Shown: one piece after another, positions 29,110 to 38,600 of the stretch | How the letters are laid out: each line of letters opens with the position of its first letter | How positions within the stretch are numbered: the stretch's first letter is position 1 | IMG/VR virus record: IMGVR_UViG_3300020404_001964 | Span: 1-64,000 of that record | Reading direction: 5' to 3' (one strand) | DNA from: an uncultured virus (IMG/VR IMGVR_UViG_3300020404_001964) | Taxonomy: Duplodnaviria > Heunggongvirae > Uroviricota > Caudoviricetes | Length of the DNA stretch: 64,000 bases | Notes under the pieces: model-generated | What the model was told of the DNA's origin: nothing | Database searches by the model: none | What the model saw: only the letters and a program-made list of their open reading frames with translations | Program-made: the position numbers and the translations under genes

Positions 29110-29544
29110 ATGAACAGTAAAATTGTAGGGTGTGGAGCACTCTTCTACACATTAGATACCAAAAGATTTTTGTTACTACACAGAACTCAAAGCAAACAAA
29201 ATAATGTTTGGGGACTAGTAGGTGGTACAACCACAACAGATAAAAATTTGTGGGAAGGTCTACAAAGAGAAATTAAAGAAGAAATAGGCGAACAAAAAGT
29301 TAAAAAAACTATTCCAATGGAAACGTTCATCAGTAATGATGAAAATTTTTTGTACCACACTTATTTGTGTGTTGTTGAAAAAGAATTTATTCCTTCATTA
29401 AACACAGAACACGATGGATATGCTTGGGTAAGTTTTGGCAATTGGCCCAAACCATTACACCAAGGTCTACGTAAGACTTTTCAAAATAAAACAAATCAAA
29501 TTAAATTAGACACTGTGTTTAAGATGTTAAAATTAATCAAATGA
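29110..29544 (+). CDS. Nudix hydrolase
   Basis: WGLVGG.....NLWEGLQREIKEEIG Nudix box and EHDGYAW. Start moved to MNSK, 5 nt after TATAATTA. Confidence 0.85.
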   Translation: MNSKIVGCGALFYTLDTKRFLLLHRTQSKQNNVWGLVGGTTTTDKNLWEGLQREIKEEIGEQKVKKTIPMETFISNDENFLYHTYLCVVEKEFIPSLNTEHDGYAWVSFGNWPKPLHQGLRKTFQNKTNQIKLDTVFKMLKLIK

Positions 29545-30800
29545 AAATAATCGGCGATGTTATGTTGGATGTCTGGGTACAAGGGAATTGTACCAAAGTA
29601 TCTCCAGAAGCATCAGCACTTGTTCTTAAGGAAAGCAAACGTAATTACAACGTAGGAGGGGCAGGAAATCTCGCTTTAAACCTGTCAAACTTGGGCGTAG
29701 ACACGCATCTTTATAGTTCGGTGGGCAACGATGCCCCAGGGCATAAAATACAGGAAATATTGTTGAAAAATAACATTAAAACATTCATCAGTAGCGATGC
29801 CAAAACAAGCACAGTGAAGACTAGAATGATTGGTAGTGATGGTCAACACCTATTAAGACTTGATAAGGAAGACAAATATACTGATGCTGAACCTACCAAA
29901 AATTTAATTAAAAATTTACAAAAAGACGATATTGTATTGATAAGTGATTACGATAAAGGAGTTGTTAATAATTCTTTAGTCAAAGATATTGTGTCTTCTG
30001 TAAAAAGAGTTTATGTTGACCCGAAACAACAACCTACAAATTATAAAGGTGCATATCTTGTGAAACCTAATATGAAAGAGTATGAACAATGGTTTGGTGA
30101 ATTCACAAAAGAAAATGCGGATCAATTTAGAAAAGAATTTGCTTGGGAGTGGCTTGTAATAACTGACGGTGGTAATGGTATTCATGTTGTTGGTGAAAAT
30201 ACTTATAAACACATCACGGGTGATGCTGTTGAATTAGCAGATGTCAGTGGTGCAGGTGACACTGTTCTAGCAATAATTGTAAAGTATGTTGAGCAGGGAA
30301 CAAATATGATTGATGCTTGTACATTAGCATTAAAAGGTGCTAGTGCTGTTGTTCAACACAGAGGAGTAACTGTTGTACAATTATCAGATATAGAAGATAC
30401 AGTGGTTTGGACCAATGGTGTTTTTGATATATTACATCAAGGACATTTAGAATTATTAAAATTTTCAAAAAGTCAGGGCGATAAATTAATTGTTGGCATT
30501 AATTCAGACGAAAGTGTCAAAAGATTAAAAGGAGAAGGTCGTCCATTGAATAATACTATTTTAAGAAAGCAACAACTATTAGAACTTCCATGGGTAGATG
30601 AAGTTGTTGTGTTTGAAGAAGACACGCCTATTGAAGCAATTAAAGAACACCAACCAAACGTAATAGTAAAAGGTGGAGATTATACTGTTGAAACAACAGT
30701 AGGCAATGAATTAGCAGATGTAAGAATATTTCCAACAGTGAAAGGTTTTTCAACATCTAATATAGTGGACAAAGTAAATGAACAAAGAAATAAAAAATAA
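29541..30800 (+). CDS. hldE: bifunctional heptose-7-phosphate kinase / heptose-1-phosphate adenylyltransferase
   Basis: PfkB domain (IGDVMLD, GGAGN, SDYDKG, DVSGAGDT) plus cytidylyltransferase-like domain (TNGVFDILHQGH, GINSDESVKRLKG..RP, KGGDY, STSNI). Confidence 0.92.
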   Translation: MKIIGDVMLDVWVQGNCTKVSPEASALVLKESKRNYNVGGAGNLALNLSNLGVDTHLYSSVGNDAPGHKIQEILLKNNIKTFISSDAKTSTVKTRMIGSDGQHLLRLDKEDKYTDAEPTKNLIKNLQKDDIVLISDYDKGVVNNSLVKDIVSSVKRVYVDPKQQPTNYKGAYLVKPNMKEYEQWFGEFTKENADQFRKEFAWEWLVITDGGNGIHVVGENTYKHITGDAVELADVSGAGDTVLAIIVKYVEQGTNMIDACTLALKGASAVVQHRGVTVVQLSDIEDTVVWTNGVFDILHQGHLELLKFSKSQGDKLIVGINSDESVKRLKGEGRPLNNTILRKQQLLELPWVDEVVVFEEDTPIEAIKEHQPNVIVKGGDYTVETTVGNELADVRIFPTVKGFSTSNIVDKVNEQRNKK

Positions 30801-31380
30801 TAAAATTATTATAAAGAATGTTTTATCTGATGAACATTTTAAACAACTAACAGATATTATTTTGAGTGATAAATTTCCTTGGTTTTATCAAGACCATGTG
30901 GTTAATCCGGAACAATCTAGCACAGAAGAAAAATATCAAATTCAATTTGTACACAAATTTCATGAAGTTAGTAATATTGTGACAGGACCAGAACTATGGA
31001 ATATGTTAATACCTATATTTGCTGTGTTACAGCCTCATACTTTTTTACGTGTAAAAGCAAACAATATTCCTGGACAAGATAAAATTATTACTCACGGTAT
31101 GCATTGTGATGTAAGTGTGCCATTAAGTTATACAGCAATTTTTTATTGTAATACAAATAATGGCTATACAGAATTTAAAGATGGAGATAAAATTGTAAGC
31201 GAAGCAAACTCAATGGTTATATTTCCAAGTTATATGGAACATACTGGAAGTACTTGTAGTAACGCAAGGTCTAGAGTGAATATAAACATCAATTATGTTA
31301 CACATCATTCTGACCAACTTGTAAAAGATATTGCTCCAAAAAATTCAGAAGAAATTGTAAAACTATGGAGTCATGTATGA
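30778..31380 (+). CDS. 2OG-Fe(II) oxygenase-like protein
   Basis: HCD (HxD), TAIFY.NTNNGYT.F, IFP...EHTG and RVNININY. Confidence 0.7.
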   Translation: MNKEIKNNKIIIKNVLSDEHFKQLTDIILSDKFPWFYQDHVVNPEQSSTEEKYQIQFVHKFHEVSNIVTGPELWNMLIPIFAVLQPHTFLRVKANNIPGQDKIITHGMHCDVSVPLSYTAIFYCNTNNGYTEFKDGDKIVSEANSMVIFPSYMEHTGSTCSNARSRVNININYVTHHSDQLVKDIAPKNSEEIVKLWSHV

Positions 31381-32195
31381 GAATTGTTGTAACAGGATCT
31401 GCTGGTTTTATAGGAAAAAATTTAATAAAACATTTAAGAGATCAAAACCATGATGTAACTGAATTTGAATATACTGAAAATAGTTTTCCTGATCCTAGTT
31501 TGTATGATTGGGTTATACATCTAGGTGCTATTAGTTCTACAACAGAAAGAAATGTAGAATTAATAATGAATCAAAATTACGAATACAGTCTAAAATTATT
31601 ACAAATGTGTGACACAATGGGTGTAAATTTTCAATATTCTAGTTCTGCTAGTGTGTATGGAAACACAAACAGTTTTGTTGAAAGTGGTCCAGTGTATCCA
31701 CAATCACCATATGCTTGGAGCAAGTATCTGTTTGACAGATTTGTTCAACAAGCAATGGGAGAATTTAAAATTTTAGTACAAGGTTTTAGATATTTTAATG
31801 TTTATGGCAATAATGAAGAACATAAAGGAGACCAAGCATCTCCAGTAACAAAGTTTTCTAAACAAGCAAAAGATACAGGAGTAATTAAAGTATTTGAAAA
31901 CAGTGACAAGTTTTTAAGAGATTTTGTATGTGTAGATGATATTTGTAACGTACATTGTCAAATGCTTGGAAAAGATACAAGCGGTATTTTTAACATAGGA
32001 ACAGGCAAAGCAACATCATTTCAATCAGTAGCAGAGTCTGTAGCCAAAAAATACAATGCCAAAATAGAAACTATTCCAATGCCACAAGCATTGAAAGGAC
32101 AATACCAGTCTTACACCTGTGCAGATTTGACAGAATTAAATAAAAATGTTACAATAAATTATAAAACAGTTGAGCAATATTTAAATGATCAATAA
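31377..32195 (+). CDS. gmhD: ADP-L-glycero-D-manno-heptose 6-epimerase
   Basis: VTGSAGFIG, HLGAISSTTE, YSSSASVYG, YAWSK, FRYFNVYG..E.HKG.QAS and YQSYTCAD; ATGA-overlap start at 31377. Confidence 0.88.
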   Translation: MRIVVTGSAGFIGKNLIKHLRDQNHDVTEFEYTENSFPDPSLYDWVIHLGAISSTTERNVELIMNQNYEYSLKLLQMCDTMGVNFQYSSSASVYGNTNSFVESGPVYPQSPYAWSKYLFDRFVQQAMGEFKILVQGFRYFNVYGNNEEHKGDQASPVTKFSKQAKDTGVIKVFENSDKFLRDFVCVDDICNVHCQMLGKDTSGIFNIGTGKATSFQSVAESVAKKYNAKIETIPMPQALKGQYQSYTCADLTELNKNVTINYKTVEQYLNDQ

Positions 32196-32553
32196 AGAAG
32201 GAAAAGTAGATAAAGGTTGGGGTTATGAATTAATATGGGCCTCCAACGACAAGTACTGTGGAAAAATAATGGTATTTGAACGCAAAGGTGCAAAATTTTC
32301 AATGCACTTTCATAAAACAAAAGATGAATCATGGTTTGTAAATGAAGGCAGATTCCTTTTAAGTTGGATAGATACTAAAACAGCAACACTTTTAACAAAA
32401 GAAATAAAAGAAGGTGAAACTTGGAGAAATTTACCTTTAATGCCTCATCAAGTACAATGTTTAACTGATAGAGGAAGTATCACAGAAGTAAGCACCGCTG
32501 ACGATCCAGAAGACAATTACAGAGTCATTCCTGGAGATTCTCAAAAAAAATAA
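32185..32553 (+). CDS. cupin-fold sugar isomerase-like protein
   Basis: KGWGYE, YCGK, SMHFH..KDESW, PH and EVST. Confidence 0.75.
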   Translation: MINKEGKVDKGWGYELIWASNDKYCGKIMVFERKGAKFSMHFHKTKDESWFVNEGRFLLSWIDTKTATLLTKEIKEGETWRNLPLMPHQVQCLTDRGSITEVSTADDPEDNYRVIPGDSQKK

Positions 32554-32682
32554 TTATTTAGATTTTGTAGGAACACATTCCTCACACATACAATCTGGAC
32601 AATCCTGACATTCTGAGCATGAAGATTTACAGTGCTGTTCACAGCCACATTGCGGACATATAAATTTGATGAGTTGATCCAT
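32554..32682 (-). CDS. metallothionein-like cysteine-rich peptide (42 aa)
   Basis: MDQLIKFICPQCGCEQHCKSSCSECQDCPDCMCEECVPTKSK*; TAATG coupling to the 2344-aa gene; fills the gap exactly. Confidence 0.65.
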   Translation of the reverse strand: MDQLIKFICPQCGCEQHCKSSCSECQDCPDCMCEECVPTKSK

Positions 32683-35600
32683 TAAGCCTGTGCTTCTGAC
32701 CAACGCAGTGTAACTGTGCCGGCTACATCACCTGAGCCAGCAGTTCTAAATACGTTGATTGCTAACACGTCTGGACCATTAGGGAACGTACCACGTCCAC
32801 CTAGTGTTGTGTTAGTTAAGGCTTTGATCTTGTCTAAGGCAAGTGTTGCTCTTTCTCCCGGTTGGGCAATGAAAGAGAAAATTGTTTCACCTGGTTGTGC
32901 GTAAGGTGGTTGACCAAATTGGAATGATATGCTACTTGCCGCCGAAATCGTTCCGTTAAATGTTTGGTTAAAGTCAACTCTATAGTATTCTGTTGAACCA
33001 AATGTTGCTTTTGCTTGTACACTTTGTACTGTTGTACCTGATGGAAATTCTGTTGATGTTGCTGTATCTACTTCAGTACCTGCCACTGCGCCTGAGGCTT
33101 CCCATGTTGTTGGATCAAAGAACAAGTAGTTAGTACCAGTAAAGTCACCACCAAATGCGAAGTCAACTGCTTGTCCACCTGATATACCTGAGTGTCTGTT
33201 TGAAAATCTTACAAAGTAGTAAGAACCATTATCACTAATCTGTGTAACCACTGTGTTGGCAGGGAATTGACCTGAGGTTACTTTCATACCAACTGTGTGA
33301 CCTTTGCCTTCCCATTGTGCTTCAAGGAAGTATGCATAGTTTCTGTTACCACTCAAGTTAAACCAGTGATTGGATGAAGATGTCATTTCTGCTTGAGTAT
33401 CTGCTGTTTGAGTTGTGATTGATGCACCACCGTTCCAGTTAACTGAACCACCCGGAGCAATCTGAGCGAAACTTGGTTGACCACCTTGTGCTGTACCTTG
33501 TAGTCCTGTCCAACCTATGTCTGCTGGATCAATTGGATAGTTTTGTGGATTAATAATTCCTTGTACAACTAACTGACCTTGTGTTTGTCCTGCCGCAACT
33601 GGTTCTGTTGTAATCTCAATACCGTCTAGTAGCAACTGGGCTCTGTTAAGTAGATCTCTATCTCCCAAATCACCTGTTAAGGCATTGGATACTGAAGGAG
33701 CCAATCTCATTAAGAATACAGTTTGTCTAATTGTTGATAGTTGTAATCCTTGACCTGAGTAGTTGAATAGATATCCTCTATCTTCATCAAAGTTACCATC
33801 TGTTAGATATGCTGATCCCCAGTGCGATATGATTGGAGACGCTGTGTTAGAAATTAGTACAACACCAGTATTTCTAAAGTGAGCCGCCGCCGTACCCGCT
33901 GAATAGTTTCTTGTGGCACCAGCCGCAAAGTTTGTAAGTTGTGCCGCTCTTGTACAACCTGTCAATGTATCTCCTGTAATACCTGTAAAAGTTATTACTT
34001 CGTTATCGATATAAACAGTTCCGCCTGTTGATGGGAAGAAAGAAGCATCTTCTAATGTAATAGTTGTCTGAGTGTCATCTATGTTTTCTATCAATCTTCC
34101 ACCAGGACCTTCGTTTGTTACTTCATAACGCACAGGTTGGTTACCTGTTCTCATAAATGCTTCTGTGTTTACGTTTGAATTTCTCATTCTGTGTACAAAT
34201 ATGAAATTACCTTTTTGACCTCTTGTCATCCAGTCGATAAATCCAGCACCATACCATGAAAATTGTATTCCAATCATCTGCATCTTAGACACGTCCCATT
34301 TATAACCACTTGGGCCTGTACCGTCTAATTTGTCTTTATTAAATTCTGATTGTTTTGCTTTTTTGTCAACCACAGCACACATTTTAACACCTGCTGATAC
34401 ATTAACACCTCTATAATCTGGAGTAATACTCATTGTTGTGTTGTCTGTAACACTTGATACCACGTGTGTCATACCTCTTATTACAACTCTGTCACCTGCT
34501 TTGATTTGTTCTCTGAATCTTGTTCCTACACCTGTAACATTATTTGAATTTGGTGTTACTGTGACTGTACCTGCTAATTGTCTTGTGGCAGTTCTTTGTA
34601 CAGCATTTGTATTTTGTCCATCATACTCCCAGAAAATTCCGTTTTGGTCATCAAATATTCCTGATCTTACAGTAGCACCATTCCATTTGTACAATGATAC
34701 TTGTGGTTGATCTGTAAATTCTGGAGTTGTGCCACCTAATGAAATCTGTGCAATTACAGTAAATGATCTTTCGTTAATTACTGAAGTAATTGTGTATTCA
34801 CCATCATAACCTGATGTGGCTACACCTACTAATCTTATTACAGCACCAACCTGTAAATTGTGGTCAACATCATCTGTTGTTACTGTAATTGTTGAACCTG
34901 CATCAATTCCATCTGATGTTATATTTAAAATGTCATAACTTGGAGCAAACAAGGCACCAGTTGTGTACATACAACCTTTACCTGATTGATATCTAATATA
35001 TTTTTTAGATTGACGTATTGCCTGTGCACCGTGTGCCGGACCACCTGTTCCTAATTGTACACCACCATCGAATGGTCTGTGTATAAAGAATGAATCTGGT
35101 CTGCCATATATTGATCCTTGCCAACCTGCGTCTGTTATAGCGCCTGGTGATCTAACTTGATAAGTTAAACTTGTTGGCGATGGTATAGCCGTTGCTAGGA
35201 ATGGTCCTGAAGCCAATATGTGATTGTTAGCACCATCATCTGATATAATAACAACCAAGAAAGCATTTCCTGGAACTAATCCATGAGGAGTTGTAAAGTC
35301 AACTCTAATAGTTGCCAATGCTGAATATGAAATTGTTGAACTTAAAGGTATTGCTTGACTTGTTGGATCAGAAATTGTTACTGAACTGTAAACACTTAAA
35401 CCTGTTCCACCTATTGCTGTACCTGAGTGTGTATTTGAAACAACACCACCAAATGATGAAACACTTTGTATTCTTACAACAATGTCATTGGCTGGAGTTG
35501 ATCCACCTAAACTTGATCCAGAAATAGTTAGTTTGTCTCCTATTTCATAATTACTTCCTTCTTGAACAACTGTTACTTCTGTGTAGTCTGTTGACGAATC

Positions 35601-38600
35601 TGTAGCATTTGTTCTTGTTACACTAAATTGTGCACCAACACCTTGTGGGACTCTATTTGTACCAGCAACATTTAAAGCATTACCTGTACCAGTGTTAGCA
35701 GTTCCTGAAGCCGCTGATACAACTGTTACTACTCCAGTTGCCACAGCATCTATTCCTGTAACTGTGAATGTCATGTCATTTGCTGGAGATGAACCAAATA
35801 AGTTTGTACCTAAAACTTTGAATTCTTGATCTGGAGCGTAATCACTTCCAGGATTGTTTATTGCTATTGTGTATGCTCCTGCGTTAAGTGTAACATCTAA
35901 TGTTAATCCAGATGGTGTTCTTGCTGATTTATTAACATTTGTAAATGTTTGTGTGTTAACTGCTGTACCTGTTACAGTGTAAGTTGCTACTGCTCCTGCA
36001 GATACTGTGTCAACAGTGATTTGACAATCGTTTGCTGGCGATAAGCCACCTAATTCTGTACCTGCTATGTCAATTGTCTCTGCGGCAACAAATCCACTAC
36101 CGTTGTTACTAAATGTTGCAGAATAAACTGCGCCTGTTCTATTCACACTGAACACAGCCGCTGTACCAGATGCTGATGTTGTGTAAGTTGGACTTGCGTA
36201 ATCTACGTTTGCGTCTGTACCTGTACCGTTTATTGATAAACCTGTTATTCCACCATTGCCATTTACAGTTGAAACTGTTACATAAGCATCATTGGTTGGT
36301 GTTGCCGCACCTAAATCTGTACCACTAACAAAGAATTGATCACCTACTTTGTATGCTGAAGTACCATCTAGAGCCGCTGTACCTGTTGCTGTGAAAGTTG
36401 CTATTGCACTTGCTCCTGTGCCAGCAACTGAATCAACTACTATTGAAACATCGTTGGCTGGTGTCGCACCACCTAAACTTGTTCCTGGAATTGTAAGTGT
36501 TTGACCTACACCATAATCGTCACCAGCATTGTTTAACGTCACAGTGTAACTTGTGCCTGATATCGCTACATCAAATGTTCCGTTTTGACCTGTTACATTT
36601 GAACCTGAAGTTAATCCTGGATAAGATTGTGTGTTTACAGATGTACCTGCTACTGAGAATGTTAAAATTCCACCATTACCATCAACTGAATCAACAGTTA
36701 ATGTCATGTCATTGGCTGTGGTTGCTCCACCTAATTGTGTACCAGCAAAAACTAATTGATCTGATGCTGAATAACCAGTTCCTATTGTTGTTACTACTGC
36801 TGAGTAACTTGTTCCTGTTCTTGTAACAGTAAATGACGCTGTAACGCCACCTGCACTTGCAGTTGTGTATGTTGGACTTACGTATTGTACAGTTTGATCT
36901 GGTGCTGTACCTGCCGCATTAATTGTTTGAATTTCTCCGCTACCTCCAACTGATGTAACTCTAATATCTAAATCGTTAGCACCTGTTCCACCAAAAACTG
37001 AACCTGCTATTCTTACAACATCATTTTCAATATACCCTGTACCTGCTGTATCAATTGTTACTGTGTATACACCTGAATCAACAGCAACATCAAAAATACC
37101 ACCATTACCGTTTGTGCCTGGGAAAGTTCCTAATGTTACGTTAGTGTATGATGGAGCATTAAGAGCCACTGTGTATGAGCCGGCATTTTTTGTTACGTTT
37201 ATTTGTGCACCTGTACCAACACCACCTTGGAACACTGTTTGTACTGCTGATGCTGTACCTGTTCCTGTGAATGCTGTACCTGATACTGATGCTGTTAAAA
37301 TTTCTCCACCTGTGTCAACAGATTCTACAAGTATTGTAGCGTCATTGGCAGGTGTTGCTCCGCCTAAGTCTGTACCACTTACTATAATAGCATCTCCAAC
37401 AGCATAATCTTGTCCTGAACCAACTTGTCCATTTGTTACTATTGAAACTGAATATGCTCCTCCTACTCTAAACACATCAAATCTTGCTAATTGTCCTGCT
37501 GGTGTGTAATTTACACCTGCTAAATTTGTATATTGTGTGATGTCACCAATTAAGTCTTGATTCAATGGAGCACTTAAAGTTAATTGATTTCCTGCCACGT
37601 TTATAATTGTTACAGCAAATCCATCACCTCTGTCAATCACTGAGTTTTGAATAATACCAGCGGAATCTGCCACAGTAATTTCTGTTGCACCTGCTGAGTA
37701 ATCACCTGTTACAGTTGGAGATGCTAACGCACCACCTGAACCATTAACAGCAGTAATTTGTGTACCTGTTTGTATTCCTGTTCCTGTTAAAGGAGCACCT
37801 ATTTCTGGTTGTACTCCTGTGTAAGGTAAAATTGTTGAACCTGATAATGTTGCCAAACTTGTTACAAAATTTCCTGAAGATCCATTTGAAGCAACACTGA
37901 ATGATGGGAAACCAATTGCCGCACCTGTGTAAAAGTCTCCTTCTCTCAATTGAGTAAAGTTTGTAGAAATTGTTGTAGGATTAACTGTTCCAACTTTTGC
38001 TTTTCCATAATAAGTGAATGATGTTGTTGTAGGAACTGTGTTTACTACAAATGAACCTGCGGCTCTACTTGCTCCTGCCACAGAGTTGTCAAATCCTGTA
38101 ATTGTAAAAGGTTGTCCTGCTTCAAAATTGTGTGGACCAATTGTTGTAACTGTAATTAAAGAAGAACCAATACCTTGTGTACCTGCTGAAGCATCTGATG
38201 TTACTGATGATATGTCAAAGTCTGTACCTGGTACTTCGTAAATTGATGGATAACCTCTTTGTGTTGCAATTGCTTGCCACTTCGTAGGCTGTAATCCATA
38301 CTCAAAGTCAGCATCAAGCATTGACTCAGGTTGTGCAACTCTCATTCTTTCAATTGCATCTGTTCCAAAGTCATATGGACGTGTTCTTATTTCATCATCT
38401 TCAACAAAAATTTGTAATTGATCTAACGCATTATCTGTAGATGTATCAGCATTTAAAAATATAGTAGTGATTGTATCATTACCATGGAATGCTTTAGGGA
38501 AATCAGGATCAACAAACGGAGTTGGGTTTGAAGTGTCATCTGTGTATTCTCTTCTATAAGTTGCTGTTGCTCCTTTTGCCGGATCATTGAAAGTGTACAA

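Noticed and set aside
32543..32560. A8 run at the end of the cupin gene as a second frameshift site
   Set aside because: The alternative frames give nothing convincing (the -1 frame stops after three codons), and the space is occupied by the convergent Cys-rich ORF.
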